From NCBI GenBank assembly GCA_977017575.1, contig CDRNVI010000019.1, positions 186,001 through 250,000 on the forward strand: a DNA stretch of 64,000 nucleotides. The letters run 5' to 3'. The notes beneath the pieces are model-generated. The model searched no databases, was not told where the DNA came from, and was given only the letters and a program-made list of their open reading frames with translations. The position numbers were made by a program, and so were the translations under genes. The DNA is from Paramoeba atlantica. Its lineage: Eukaryota > Protista > Discosea. Of this stretch, positions 20,814 through 32,091 are shown one piece after another. The first letter of the stretch is position 1. Each line of letters starts with the position of its first letter.

Positions 20814-20904
20814 TCAAAGTGTGTTGCATGTAAATGAAAGAAACAAAAATTAAGTAAATAAAACATTATTTTGATGGAATTAGACAAAGACCCATCGACG
20901 CATC

Positions 20905-21618
20905 TTAACACGTAGCGCCGCCAATATTGTTCTTGTACTTCATATGCGCACTTTGTATGACGCAGGCGTCGCACAATCGAATTGGACGAACAGAAATTGG
21001 ATAAATAACATGTCGTTCTTTGCTAGCTGTAAGACCTTCGCCTACGTAAAGTTGACCAAGACATCCCCTACACGATGCACAATGCAAGACGTTTTGAGGT
21101 CTTATAACGGATGAAGGCTGAAAAGTTCCGACGCTGATCCTGGATGAAGCGCTCTCAACGCATCCTTGATAACAACTAGAAAAATTTAACCAAGATTTTT
21201 CTTTTAGGCGAATCCGAGAGGATATATCGTAAACAGGGAGAAAGCAACCTGAACATGCAAAGTACACAATAGAAGATTGAACGCACTTATCGCATCTTTT
21301 AGATGACGACGTGTGTATGGAAGAACTATGACCGCATATAGTTTCTGATTCTGTAGAGCGCCTAGAAGAAATCAAGTTCCATTTTTTGCGAGTACTTCTC
21401 ATTTTTCTGATACCTACTTTGTCAACAACCTGTGGTACAGGGGTGCAGTTTTCAGTTTTATCCGAGATGTTAAAATGAGAAGCAGGAATTTGGAACGGTG
21501 CCTGTGATCTACCTTGCCGCAGGACTTCATATTGAGCAGGGAACAACAGTTGTTCCCATTGCAACTCCGACTTGGTACATATTGGAATCGGTGCTCCAAT
21601 CACTTTTCTGAATGACAT
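20905..21618 (-). CDS. MsrB/SelR-fold protein, probably catalytically inactive
   Basis: QWEQLLFPAQYEVLRQGRSQAPF, FACSGCFLPVY, SWLNF and HCASCRGCLGQLY follow the MsrB order; the catalytic RYCINS motif reads RHVIYP. Confidence 0.7.
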   Translation of the reverse strand: MSFRKVIGAPIPICTKSELQWEQLLFPAQYEVLRQGRSQAPFQIPASHFNISDKTENCTPVPQVVDKVGIRKMRSTRKKWNLISSRRSTESETICGHSSSIHTSSSKRCDKCVQSSIVYFACSGCFLPVYDISSRIRLKEKSWLNFSSCYQGCVESASSRISVGTFQPSSVIRPQNVLHCASCRGCLGQLYVGEGLTASKERHVIYPISVRPIRLCDACVIQSAHMKYKNNIGGATC

Positions 21619-22135
21619 TTGTAACCTGATTTAGTGCATGAGTAGGCGCGTAAAAACGTTCAGAACTGCTTACATACGGTACTTTAGGGGATTCATGTAC
21701 GTGATGCGTGGCAGAAAATTCTTATCAAACTGTTTCAAAACATACGCGTGGCATCAAAAGTCCAAAATAAACTTTGTCAGCAGTAAATTCTACAAAGTAC
21801 ATTTACATTGTATAAAAAACTGCACGTCCAGGGTGCCAGGAGGTGCCACTCATAGTCAAGGAACAGGATTTTGGTATGTCGGTTACATTATCAACAAACT
21901 ATATTTTCCATATACGACGCATTCTTGACATAGTTTAGGTAGTAATACTAGCTATACTAAGTAGACTAGACGTGACGTGCTACAAAAATGTGTATGTTCT
22001 TTAATGAAAAAAATATGCTGGCGAAGATATGGAAACGTGCACGGAAACAAGCCCAGAGAAATATTAAAGCACACAAGTGGCCTGGCTGTGTTCATCACAC
22101 ATCAAGTGATGAGATCATCATAACTAGTAGACATA

Positions 22136-22457
22136 CCGTATACCCCCAGTAAGATACCCCCCCCCCCCCCCAGTAAGAAAGATTTGGCCCTTTCTTGGGC
22201 TGACCCCCAGTAAAAGAGATTTGGCTCGGGAGCCCCACAGGAGGCGTATAGGGGGTAGGGGGTGGGTGTCTGCACGTTGGGGGACTCGGGGGTAACCCAA
22301 AGAAGCGTTTTAACACGTTTTCACAAGAAAAAATAGAAAAAATAGTCAAAAAAGTTGGGAGAAAAGAGGAAACTAGAGAAAAAAGCATACCCCCCCCAGT
22401 AAGAGAGATTTGGCCATTTCGACCCAAAACCCATTCTCTTACTGGGGGGGTATACGG
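22136..22457. mobile_element. MITE family A, copy 1 (322 bp, TA TSD)
   Basis: TA|CCGTATACCCCCAGTAAGA ... TCTTACTGGGGGGGTATACGG|TA; internal CCCCCAGTAA..GATTTGG repeats; no credible ORF. Confidence 0.9.
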
Positions 22458-22487
22458 TAGTACCTTCGATCCACCCCCTCCAGCAAC

Positions 22488-22622
22488 AGACCCCCCAGTA
22501 ACAAGGATTTCGCTCGGCAAGGTGGTTGGAGTGGGTGTTTAGACGAGTGGGAAAAACGCGGCGGGGTGAGGGTAGTTGGACGGGACCGGAAGGTGTAGCT
22601 GCGGAGTTGGCTGGACGGAAAA
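22488..22622. mobile_element. MITE family A, truncated copy adjacent to copy 1
   Basis: GACCCCCCAGTAACAAGGATTT..GCTCGG..GGTGGTTGGAG..GTGTTT..GGTGAG.GTAGTTG..GGCTGGAC is colinear with the interior of the 38018-38301 copy; no right TIR. Confidence 0.75.
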
Positions 22623-22870
22623 TCAGAGATTCTTTCCCGGAGAGCCACACACTCCTGCCGTGCCAATAAACCGGAATTGATGCTTTGAATGACTGCAACT
22701 GTGGGTCAAGAAAAACGTAACTTATAGAAACTAGATCGAAAGTCAAACTCTTATCAACACCCACCTCTTTTTTCTTCAGATCAATCATTGAACCATTCCC
22801 GAGGCGCGCAGTAGCTGCCTTCTTGTTCACCTTTTCGATATGGAGGAAGGAAATCTCTGGCGGAATAATA

Positions 22871-24253
22871 TTATCTGGCGTTCTGCATCTCATGAAATGT
22901 TAATATTTTATCGAACCTTCCAGGGCGCAGTAAGGCACTATCTAGATGCTGTAGATCCCGATTTGTGAGACCAATTACCCACATTCCCTTTGTAGCACCC
23001 AGATTTTCGCCGAAGCCGTCCATTTCACATAAAAGCTGCGACAGGAGCCTTTCACGAACTGACGTAGATGATTTTTCTTCAGTTTCACTGCTTCGTTTTT
23101 GCCCAAGAAGATCGATCTCATCAAAAACAAGAACGCAAGGGACTCTCGTAGATGCAACCCGGAAAGCTGTTCGAATGTTTCTTTCCGAGTCACCAAAATA
23201 TGGGGAAAATACAAGAGGACTTGATACAAGCAAGAAATTGACATGTGGAAATCTTGATTGCAACTGGTATATCATCCGTGTTTTGCCGCATCCTGATGGG
23301 CCATGAAGTAAAATAGCAGAGGATGAACATTTCACATGTAAGGGAGAGCTCATATGCAATGCATCTGACTTCCGCACTTCTTCATCCCGTTTCAAGTTAA
23401 ATTCATAGTTTTGCACACCTTGCTGAATTATAAAGCAGATTTTGCTTAATATTTTTTCGTAATCCAAACTGAAACTCGATGTAATGTTTGACCCTTCCTT
23501 AAAACCAGAAGTGTCCATTTGGCGCAGGTAGATAGGAAGCGACGTAATGGTCTCATGCGTATTATTCATTTTTTGGTTATTGGCGCGCTCTTCAGTTGTC
23601 GATGAATCAGATCCTTCAAAGTTAGCGGCTCTTGCGGTGATGGAGGTTCTGCAAAACACAACTGGATAAACAAAATTGATCAAGTCGACAACAAAAGAAA
23701 ATTCAGTGCTCGTGACCAAGAGGATTCTCTTCGCATCTTGTTTATGAACTTGTAGAAACTCTTCGAGGTAGCGGCGCACAGCGACGTACTGGGCAGGGAG
23801 CAGTAATCTGTCGCGTCCCGAGTCACCAACTTCCTCCATGTTGTCAAAAACAAGAATCTTCCATGTCTCGCCACGCCTTTGAGTATTAGTTTTATCTATA
23901 CCCACCAATATTCTACTTTCAACACTAAAAGATGTCCTACACTGGTTTGCGTCTGGGGACGACTCTTGCCATGCCGTAAACGGACCAACACTTAGTAGCT
24001 TTGGCCAGCTTGTCCAATGAAATTCAATGTCACATGAATTCGGATCTCCTACTCGTGATTCGGACAGCAGTTTTTGTTGAAGATGATAGACAAAAGTTGT
24101 TTTTCCACTTTTTCTGGGTCCTAACAGCGAAATACATCTGGAGTTAAAGACACATGAGCGGCAGTTTAATTTGTTGTCTAACCGATCATCCAGCGTCAGT
24201 TTGCGTAAGTACGGCAAAAGTTCCTCGCAGGGAGCTGCATATGAGGACCCCAT
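22871..24253 (-). CDS. AAA+ ATPase (degenerate N-terminal NTPase + canonical AAA domain)
   Basis: GPRKSGKTT/ILVFDNME, then GPSGCGKT, LVFDEID, LLSQLLCEMDGF and IGLTNR..LDSALLRPGRFD. Confidence 0.8.
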   Translation of the reverse strand: MGSSYAAPCEELLPYLRKLTLDDRLDNKLNCRSCVFNSRCISLLGPRKSGKTTFVYHLQQKLLSESRVGDPNSCDIEFHWTSWPKLLSVGPFTAWQESSPDANQCRTSFSVESRILVGIDKTNTQRRGETWKILVFDNMEEVGDSGRDRLLLPAQYVAVRRYLEEFLQVHKQDAKRILLVTSTEFSFVVDLINFVYPVVFCRTSITARAANFEGSDSSTTEERANNQKMNNTHETITSLPIYLRQMDTSGFKEGSNITSSFSLDYEKILSKICFIIQQGVQNYEFNLKRDEEVRKSDALHMSSPLHVKCSSSAILLHGPSGCGKTRMIYQLQSRFPHVNFLLVSSPLVFSPYFGDSERNIRTAFRVASTRVPCVLVFDEIDLLGQKRSSETEEKSSTSVRERLLSQLLCEMDGFGENLGATKGMWVIGLTNRDLQHLDSALLRPGRFDKILTFHEMQNAR

Positions 24254-24744
24254 TACGAATAATGCAACATTAATCGTGCCGAAAAAATATCATAGGATCT
24301 TTAATTCTAAATAGTCACTTTCTCTACACAACGTAATGCTAGAAGAGTAGACGGATGTCTTAATACAAGTTGAAAATGCGCGACGAGATCCACAATTAGT
24401 AGTTGGGTATGTTGCCTTCAAAAAGAAAATAGTTAGTTCAAAAAGAAAGTAGTACCCACGTGGAATGTCCAACCAGGCCGCCAAGTACTGGTTGGACTAG
24501 TCGCATGTTTAATATTTCTGTCCGCAATTTATAGACGGAAGATTTCGTAAAGTTAGAGGGGAAGAACAAGGCAAGCAAAAAGAAAAGAACAAGTACCCGA
24601 ATGAATATTTTATTATTCTCACCTTGCGGTATGCAAGGTCCCATTCATTCGTGTTGATACTATCAACTTGATAGTTCGAAGAACTGTCAGTAGTACTGGT
24701 TCCTTAAACGAATGCAAAATATACAAGTGTGATAAAAACTGTAC

Positions 24745-25221
24745 CTATTCATCGTACAACGAGTATAAGAGCAAAGAAAGCTTATCGAAATTGGATGTTC
24801 TGCGTCGATGACCTGTTCGTATAAATTTTAGCGCACTGCTAATTTCACATTCAAAATCTCCACAAAGTGATCTGGCCTGATTCGACGGTAAAACACCCGC
24901 TCCATCTGATGCAATTTGATATGCAGACGTGTACATGGCCGCCGCACTCCTCTTCGTACCACTTCCCAGCATATTATCTTCTTTTTCAGGAATGCCTGTT
25001 GTAGACCTGAAAGCCAGTGTGGAATCAAGATGAACAAGATCGCGAACCCGTTGTTTCATAATGTGTGTATCATTCGTTTTATCCCCTTGATACAATTCTT
25101 TAGGCCAAATTTGCGTTTCTGCAACGTCGATTACTGTGCTCTTCTTGCAAACCATTGGAACAAATAATAATATTTTTCTTTCTTTCTTTTGTATTACATT
25201 GTTGTAATTCAACCCCACCAC
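24745..25221 (-). CDS. Hypothetical protein
   Basis: 158-aa ORF on the coding strand; no motif. Confidence 0.3.
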   Translation of the reverse strand: MVGLNYNNVIQKKERKILLFVPMVCKKSTVIDVAETQIWPKELYQGDKTNDTHIMKQRVRDLVHLDSTLAFRSTTGIPEKEDNMLGSGTKRSAAAMYTSAYQIASDGAGVLPSNQARSLCGDFECEISSALKFIRTGHRRRTSNFDKLSLLLYSLYDE

Positions 25222-25327
25222 AATTCACTAATTCACTAGAACCGCTCCAATTAATTTAATTAATTTGGGTTACTATTTATTTGCTAGAAAATAAGAAAAG
25301 GCAATGATCTCAAGTTACGATAAAGTA

Positions 25328-25669
25328 TTAAATTTGAGGCCGGAATAATAATCTCCTACGGAGTCTTCCTAAATCATCCAACATAAATGACTGAAGTTGA
25401 ACGGACGTAGTTTTGAGAGACCTCTGTGGCTCCTTTGTTTTTAGTGATGAAGTGTCATGTGCAAGGATAGGACAGGTTTCTTTTTGGTTCTCAATAAGCG
25501 CGTCTGTGTTTTGCTGCACGTATGAATCCCTTGAAATTGCAACCTCATCAATAGTTTGTGCGGAAAGTTTTACCAAAGTAAAATACGCTACAGAGGACAG
25601 AATTCCTGATGCGCACAGATTCCGAATATAGTTACCTGAAAACTTCATTAATAACGTACAGAAGTACAA
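25328..25669 (-). CDS. Hypothetical protein
   Basis: 113-aa ORF on the coding strand; no motif. Confidence 0.3.
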   Translation of the reverse strand: MYFCTLLMKFSGNYIRNLCASGILSSVAYFTLVKLSAQTIDEVAISRDSYVQQNTDALIENQKETCPILAHDTSSLKTKEPQRSLKTTSVQLQSFMLDDLGRLRRRLLFRPQI

Positions 25670-26331
25670 CCAAGAACACTGCTGCTAACCAATTAACGAA
25701 ATAATTGTGAGAAATAAAAATTTAGAATGTCTATTCAAAATACGGTGGTTCCCGAACAAAAGATCTTAAAATGAAAATTCCACACCCCTAATTTATATTC
25801 TGGATACTTCATTTAAACTGATATATGGTGATTATTTGAAACACTTCACATGATTGACATTATGCAATTTTAATTTTGTGATTAGTAAGTATTAAGTATT
25901 AAGACAGGTCGACGTTCGGTCTATACTGCTCGATCTATGTCTACAGCATAAGATAATTCATACATGTACAACTCGTTGTATGTACAACCTGAGGCTCTGA
26001 AGAATCTAAAAAATACGAGAAAAGGACAAAAAAGAGCTGTCTTCATGCACTACCTTTACTGTGCCTTTATTTATTTCTATTCTATTGTATTACGTGTATG
26101 AAAAGTGCTAAATGTGAAATACCGAACTTCTATCTAGCTAAAAGATGTAGGAATCTAATACGGGAATATACGTATTGAATGTTACAACTTTGCAACGTAT
26201 TGTATCTAATCATTGAAATTAAGAAACTATTCGTAAAAAATAAACGGGTAAATGATATCTGTAGAAAATAACATAAAAATCTAGAAAATAAACTCTTTCA
26301 AGCTCTGCTCCAGTACCGTGTTAAGTTCGAT

Positions 26332-26658
26332 TCAGTTGCAATTAGATGCCTTTCGCTTCAGTGCCACCTCACTTTCTACAAAAACGTGATCCTGCCGCAA
26401 CATTTTATGCGAGATTCGAAGTCGCGTAGGTGGAGCAGGTGATCCTTGTATGGTTCCTCCCCGAACTGAACTGCACCGAGCAACCATTGACAAAGGACGA
26501 ATTCCGGCCGATGGTTTGTGTTCCGAACTCCAACGCCAGGTTGGTGTGTACAGTTCAGAGCGCAATATTGTGCCACGGAGAGGTAGTATTGTTTTCGAGG
26601 GAGCTGGCAACATCGAGGGACCACGGTGAACAGCTGCGAGATGTACACGTGAGAGCAT
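26332..26658 (-). CDS. Hypothetical small protein
   Basis: 108-aa ATG ORF in a GC-richer patch between AT-rich spacers; presequence-like start MLSRVHLAAV. Confidence 0.25.
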   Translation of the reverse strand: MLSRVHLAAVHRGPSMLPAPSKTILPLRGTILRSELYTPTWRWSSEHKPSAGIRPLSMVARCSSVRGGTIQGSPAPPTRLRISHKMLRQDHVFVESEVALKRKASNCN

Positions 26659-26901
26659 GTAAAGAGAGATGAAAGTTCTGTTTTAAAAAGTCTGATGAAG
26701 TTTTGTTTTGAAAGTTCTGTTTTAAAAAAAATCTGTTTTAGATAAATAGTGAAAGTTCATAAACGTAAATTTAAGAGATTCATAAATGTCTTTATACATG
26801 TTTGTACTGTACGTAAATGTACAAGAAATATCAACCAATTTCGTAAGTCCCAATCATACCATCATACCTCTCCATCATACCTCTCGAGGTAGAGGCAAAA
26901 T

Positions 26902-28506
26902 TCATCTTCTGCTGTCAAAATCGAACGAATTGCCCGGATATTCACGCAATTCTTCGTAATACTTCCCAGATAGAAGCATGTTTTCTATATCCTTTTCCGG
27001 AGCCTGCCGAACGCTCGAACGAGCTCCCAAATCATATTCAAGTTTACGTTTATCTGTATTTCGAGTTGATTTTTCGATTACCCATAGTCCGGTTCCGGAA
27101 GGGAATTGAGGACAATACATGTAAGGATGCTGATTTTCAAGATCAGAAAGAATTTGCTTCTGCCATTGGCGTCGGGTATTCACGATACAGCGTCCCCACG
27201 GGCGTAGTAGATACGGAACTGCGTCTAAAAAGGTTTTAAACTCCTGCCTCTCACGATTTACAGTCTCTTGGAGGGCCATGATCACTTTCTGCAAGAGATT
27301 TGGACGAAACGGCAGTTTTTCTCGTGCTCCGTTGTCCTCAAACTCAGTTTCATGAATTTCGCCGAAGAAATTCTCTAAAAGAGAGGAAACACGGAGTAGT
27401 CCATTCCACGGCCGACTCCGAATAATAGTATTCGCAACAGAATTAGACTTACTGTACGACACGCCCACGTCATCATGGAACAAGCTCATGAGTTCCTCGT
27501 ACGTAGATAAATTCAACAAGTCTGTTATGGAATCATATCCGTTTACCACGGCTTTATCACCACGTACGGTAAAAGCCTTGGCATACCGAAATGTACAGGG
27601 TCCATCACAGCCGGTGGTAAGATCAAGCCCTCTGTCCTCATCCACGAACTGAGCTTCGCACGGACCTGTCATATCGACAATGATGGCATCAAAGAACCGT
27701 TCGGGAAACAACCCTCGTACCCCACTCATGGGGTGCGCAAGAAACGTAAAGTGCTCAACCCCAAAGATCCTGCGTAGCTCTGTACCAAAGGGCACCTCCA
27801 GGGACTTGTCAATATCCATGGCACACACACGTCCGAACGGGGCAGTGTGTTGGAGTATCGCCGCACTCATGTCGCCCATTCCAAATGTCGCATCCAACAC
27901 ACTGAACTGTACGGGAGGGCGAGATCGGGTTGTCGCGACTGTGTTTACAACTTGTGTAAGCGCACTCTGCAGGGTTGGAATTTGCAACCTGCTTTCCGAA
28001 CGTCGTTGTAGAGCGGTTTTCTGTTCCTGCCGCACACTGCTTCGATTAGAACCATTCTCATTGGGAAACAAAATTTCATTGAAAAGAGTCCTTTTCTTTG
28101 CGACTTGCGACTCAACAATGGGTGGCGAGATAGCGTTGTTAGATCTTGTTAGGGAGACTAAAGGGCTCGATGTCGAAAAGTTCTTTGCGAAGCGCTTCCG
28201 CTTGGTGCGTGTGCTTTTTAAGGCCTCGCTACGGTTACTAGGTGAATAGACACTCGGAGGGGGGCTACTTTGGAGTCGTAAGTCATGCAAGTATTTATAT
28301 CTCGGCGTCTCTAAAAGAGCCTGAACGACTTTGTCACGAACGCTTCCCTTTACGGCAGATTGCCGTTTTATGACGATCGACATGCTAACATAATTATACA
28401 GAAAAGATTGACAAATAACAGGCCCTTGAATATTGAGTATGGTTGTTCTATTTTCATCGCACACAAACAGTACATTCGTCCATCCAAAAAATATTTTAGG
28501 CACCAC
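26902..28506 (-). CDS. RsmH/MraW (METTL15)-like methyltransferase, likely mitoribosomal SSU assembly factor
   Basis: VLDATFGMGDMS, VCAMDID, FDAIIVDM..CEAQFVDEDRG, VIMALQETVNRE and LLRPWGRCIVNT match the RsmH block order. Confidence 0.8.
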   Translation of the reverse strand: MVPKIFFGWTNVLFVCDENRTTILNIQGPVICQSFLYNYVSMSIVIKRQSAVKGSVRDKVVQALLETPRYKYLHDLRLQSSPPPSVYSPSNRSEALKSTRTKRKRFAKNFSTSSPLVSLTRSNNAISPPIVESQVAKKRTLFNEILFPNENGSNRSSVRQEQKTALQRRSESRLQIPTLQSALTQVVNTVATTRSRPPVQFSVLDATFGMGDMSAAILQHTAPFGRVCAMDIDKSLEVPFGTELRRIFGVEHFTFLAHPMSGVRGLFPERFFDAIIVDMTGPCEAQFVDEDRGLDLTTGCDGPCTFRYAKAFTVRGDKAVVNGYDSITDLLNLSTYEELMSLFHDDVGVSYSKSNSVANTIIRSRPWNGLLRVSSLLENFFGEIHETEFEDNGAREKLPFRPNLLQKVIMALQETVNRERQEFKTFLDAVPYLLRPWGRCIVNTRRQWQKQILSDLENQHPYMYCPQFPSGTGLWVIEKSTRNTDKRKLEYDLGARSSVRQAPEKDIENMLLSGKYYEELREYPGNSFDFDSRR

Positions 28507-28570
28507 GATGCTACTACAGGAATGTAAACAAATAATTTACAGCAAATAATGTATGATAAGCGAATAAGTT

Positions 28571-30052
28571 TTAAAGCGTGATTATCGTGTATATTAAAAT
28601 CAGCAAAATAACTGCAGGAACGGATATTTGCTGGTTCCACAGACGAACGCATAGGCGACCGACTTTCTTATTCATAAGCTGTTGAAACACGTGCACCCTA
28701 AATGCATAGAATGTGTCAGAAATAGATTGGGTCCACGAACGACTGTACCTTCTGGAATTCCTGGTTGGCCGGAAACATACTGCTGGAGGGGATGGTGGCA
28801 GTCGTCTGGAAGGCACACTTTGTATTTGAATCTTTTCTAGCTCCGATTTTGCGGATCTAGTGTTCTGGCTAGCAAAATTTCTGGAAATTTTTTCCTTCAT
28901 AGAGTTCACCAGTGGCGAACGCAGTATGTCAGCACAAGACGGCCTCAATCGAGGATCAAACGAAAGAAGTGAACGCAATAACTCCACCATTTCAGCGGGG
29001 CGAGATTGTACATCCAAATCAAAACTAATGCACTGGTTCCTGTCATCCACTTGAGGAAGCTTGCCATGTGCCATAAGGTAGTGTAGTATCATACCCAATG
29101 ACCACATATCAGATGCCCGTGAAGAAGAGTAAGAATATTTTCTTAATTGTGGATCCAGTACAAATAATTCGGGTGCCATGTACTCAGCTGTACCGGTACC
29201 TCCTGTTCGAGAGCTGGATTCCGATATTTCGATGTCGCAACTAGTGCCAAAGTCACCTACCATAAGACGCGGGAGACTGTTAATATCATCCTGCGCCGCA
29301 AGTAACAAATTTTGAGGCTTCAAATCGCGATGAAGAATATTGTGACTGTGAAGGTGATGAACCCCTGAAACCGCACAGAGGAAAAAATACCAAACAAAAG
29401 AATTTGAAAGTGCAGAGCCGGAACGCTCTACGAATATATCCAAAGATCCTTCGGAGGCATATTCCATTAGAATAAAAAGACAAGGAACGACGGGCCCAAA
29501 ATCTGATACTTTGGCTTCATCTATCCAGCTGTGATTGTATTGTACAACATTGGGATGACGTGCAACGTCCTCCAATATTCGAACCTCTTTCAACACTTTC
29601 GTAAGATATTTTTCATCTTTCCCTACAGGAATCTTTTTTACTGCAAACAAACCAAGCGTGACACCTCCTACAACGTGTAAACATGCATGAACAGATGCGA
29701 AGGAACCTCTTGAAATCCTGCGGAGCTCCACGAAATTTGATGCATAGTAACCTGAACTTTTAGTACTCGGAAATATTTCTTCACCATCATCTTCACATAT
29801 ATTTTTCTGTGAAAGACGGCGAAAATAGGTCGCATGCGGGTATGAGGAGCCATTTCTTGTGGGGAGGTATGAACGCGTTTCCATTTTACTCTCCGATTCA
29901 GCTTGTGGTTGTGTAAAGGGCTGACGACACAGCGGACAGCAACGGGCACTAACGGATGGCAACCAAAGCGAAGAAGGTAAATGGTGAAGCACGGGTGATT
30001 GAAATTTTACTGTGGGGGATGGCAACAAGCTTTTTTTCATGTCGTTCTCCAT
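28571..30052 (-). CDS. IKS1: IKS1-family Ser/Thr protein kinase with a C-terminal hydrophobic anchor
   Basis: CPLCRQPF N-terminus, SGYYASNFVELRRISRGSFASV, LGLFAVKKIPVG, HPNVVQYNHSWID, PCLFILMEY, HRDLKPQNLL, DFG and GTAEYMAPE. Confidence 0.85.
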   Translation of the reverse strand: MENDMKKSLLPSPTVKFQSPVLHHLPSSLWLPSVSARCCPLCRQPFTQPQAESESKMETRSYLPTRNGSSYPHATYFRRLSQKNICEDDGEEIFPSTKSSGYYASNFVELRRISRGSFASVHACLHVVGGVTLGLFAVKKIPVGKDEKYLTKVLKEVRILEDVARHPNVVQYNHSWIDEAKVSDFGPVVPCLFILMEYASEGSLDIFVERSGSALSNSFVWYFFLCAVSGVHHLHSHNILHRDLKPQNLLLAAQDDINSLPRLMVGDFGTSCDIEISESSSRTGGTGTAEYMAPELFVLDPQLRKYSYSSSRASDMWSLGMILHYLMAHGKLPQVDDRNQCISFDLDVQSRPAEMVELLRSLLSFDPRLRPSCADILRSPLVNSMKEKISRNFASQNTRSAKSELEKIQIQSVPSRRLPPSPPAVCFRPTRNSRRYSRSWTQSISDTFYAFRVHVFQQLMNKKVGRLCVRLWNQQISVPAVILLILIYTIITL

Positions 30053-30282
30053 TTTGTTTCATTTGGGGAAACACTTTCTCAAGTGAGAAACGACCAGAGC
30101 ATGCAAATAAATTTAATACGGATCGCGCATAAAACGAAAACGTTTATAATAAACGTCGAATCACGTTCTTTTTTGAAGAGTGAAAGCAGAAGAAATCTTA
30201 TTACACAACTACTTTTTACTTAGGTAAAACTCACTTCTACTCAGGTAACGAAAAATAAGGAGCAAACCTACAAAAACAACCC

Positions 30283-31401
30283 CTAGTTTATCTCTTCGGG
30301 CATACATGTATGTGTTTCTGTTTCGGTGCCATCTTCCAAGGCTGAATCAACATAATTAACCAAAGCTGCTTTTCTCACTGAATTGACATAATGCATAGCC
30401 CGAATGGGATGGCCTACTATCTCCCGCATAGAATGATGTTCCTCGGGAAATAAAATTAGCTCGCACAGTCGCCGTATCGTGAAAGGTGGATGCGGAAGCT
30501 CCACTAAATGGTCAATTATGTACTTATGGTCCTCCTTAAATGAAGTCATTTGTGCCCTGTCAGGAGCGAGGAAAGGTCGCAAAGCGCTCGCACTTCTAGT
30601 TGGAACCGAGCGACCATCAATAACTGAGGCTCCGTTGTGTACTACGCCGGTGGTGTCACTTCCTCCGTTTGATGTTTCATGTCTAGTTTCCTCGTCGTCG
30701 TTCCCAGGCGCTCGACGCGGGCGAGGAGAATACATATCCAATCCTTCGCTCATCGTCGTCACATCCACTCCAATTGGATCTCCTACCTTTGGTAAATCAA
30801 CGCTGGGGGGAGGAACTAGATGATCGTTTGGTGCAGACTCTTGGCAGCTTAAATCCGCATCTAAATCACACTCCGCTCCACTCCACGTATTGTTGTGTAC
30901 CTTTGCAAGAGAATAGTGAAGTGCGTCTACGATAGCAGGTCTGAGCAACGTCCAGGAAATTCCCAAGTCTCCCTTTGCGGCGATGTTTCTCAGTACACGG
31001 TAAGGTAAATCTCCCTTTTCGTCCGCGGGTAAATTTGCGTTTTCTTCCTTCGAAGTTGGATTGCTTGATTTTTTCTTTGAGCATTTCACAGATTTTTTCT
31101 TTTTTTTCGGGGAGTCGATTTCAGGAGTTTTACTCTCGGCATTTTTTTTTGACTTCAGCAACGTCTCTGCTGCAGTTTCTGCACATGATTCCACTGTATT
31201 CATGTGTACTGCGTTCTTTGACGTTTCTGCTATGTTCTCATTCATAGGATTTTCCCACCGGCGATGCGAAATATACTCCTCAAGTTGGCGTATCATAGAT
31301 TCGATTTCCGTTTTTCGATTATCGGACTCGCAAAAAGGAGCATCGGTGCCCATTCCAACCGCGACATTTTCATTCATTACAAGAATAATCAGTACCACCA
31401 A
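30283..31401 (-). CDS. PPP4R2: Protein phosphatase 4 regulatory subunit 2-like
   Basis: PPFTIRRLCELILFPEEHH resembles the PP4R2 hallmark PPFTIQRLCELL..P; upstream helical block LRNIAAKGD..ISWTLLRP. Confidence 0.7.
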   Translation of the reverse strand: MVVLIILVMNENVAVGMGTDAPFCESDNRKTEIESMIRQLEEYISHRRWENPMNENIAETSKNAVHMNTVESCAETAAETLLKSKKNAESKTPEIDSPKKKKKSVKCSKKKSSNPTSKEENANLPADEKGDLPYRVLRNIAAKGDLGISWTLLRPAIVDALHYSLAKVHNNTWSGAECDLDADLSCQESAPNDHLVPPPSVDLPKVGDPIGVDVTTMSEGLDMYSPRPRRAPGNDDEETRHETSNGGSDTTGVVHNGASVIDGRSVPTRSASALRPFLAPDRAQMTSFKEDHKYIIDHLVELPHPPFTIRRLCELILFPEEHHSMREIVGHPIRAMHYVNSVRKAALVNYVDSALEDGTETETHTCMPEEIN

Positions 31402-32091
31402 AAGAAATTTCGCCTATGAGCTTAAAGTTTTCTATTGAATGCAAACAACTTTCTACAGAACGCTTATGAGTGTCAAATGTTTAACGTTTTCATTATAACA
31501 TTTAGTCTTATGTAAAGGATACACGAGATGAACTTATTACATGAGTGATTAACGTCTAGAGCATGTTCCAGTCTCCTTAACGAGTCCCATGCAAAGAAAT
31601 TTTGGGCTAACAATACGCGCATTTTTCATTTATGTGTGCAGTATGTACAATTTCTCACAGATTCCTGTATGTTGAAAGAGTTGCCAGAATGACCTTTACC
31701 AAAGGTGAATCTGACAATGCGATCGTAATGTTTATGGTACGAGGATGAGAATGTGCATTGACAGTACGAATAAAATACCAATACACTACCAGATTTCAAC
31801 ATTGTACCAGATACTATATAACGGGATACAGCTATACATGTACTCGTAGTACTATTTCACACGACGTAGGCTATAATACCGCTAGGAATACGTTTGTGCC
31901 TCCCTTCAGGAAAACGAAACACACCTCTTAGAAAGTATTGCCATAAACCACATTTCAATGTCCTCTCTGCCGAAAGCATACCACCCCTCATGACAAGGTT
32001 ACGCTCTTTTAGAGAGGTCGGAATGACTCCGATAAGTACATACAATTAGCCTGCGGACCTACATTCTACCGACACATAACCACTATTTTTA

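Noticed and set aside
26671-26890. GAAAGTTCTGTTTT and CCATCATACCTCT short tandem repeats
   Set aside because: Ordinary slippage-type repeats in an AT-rich spacer.
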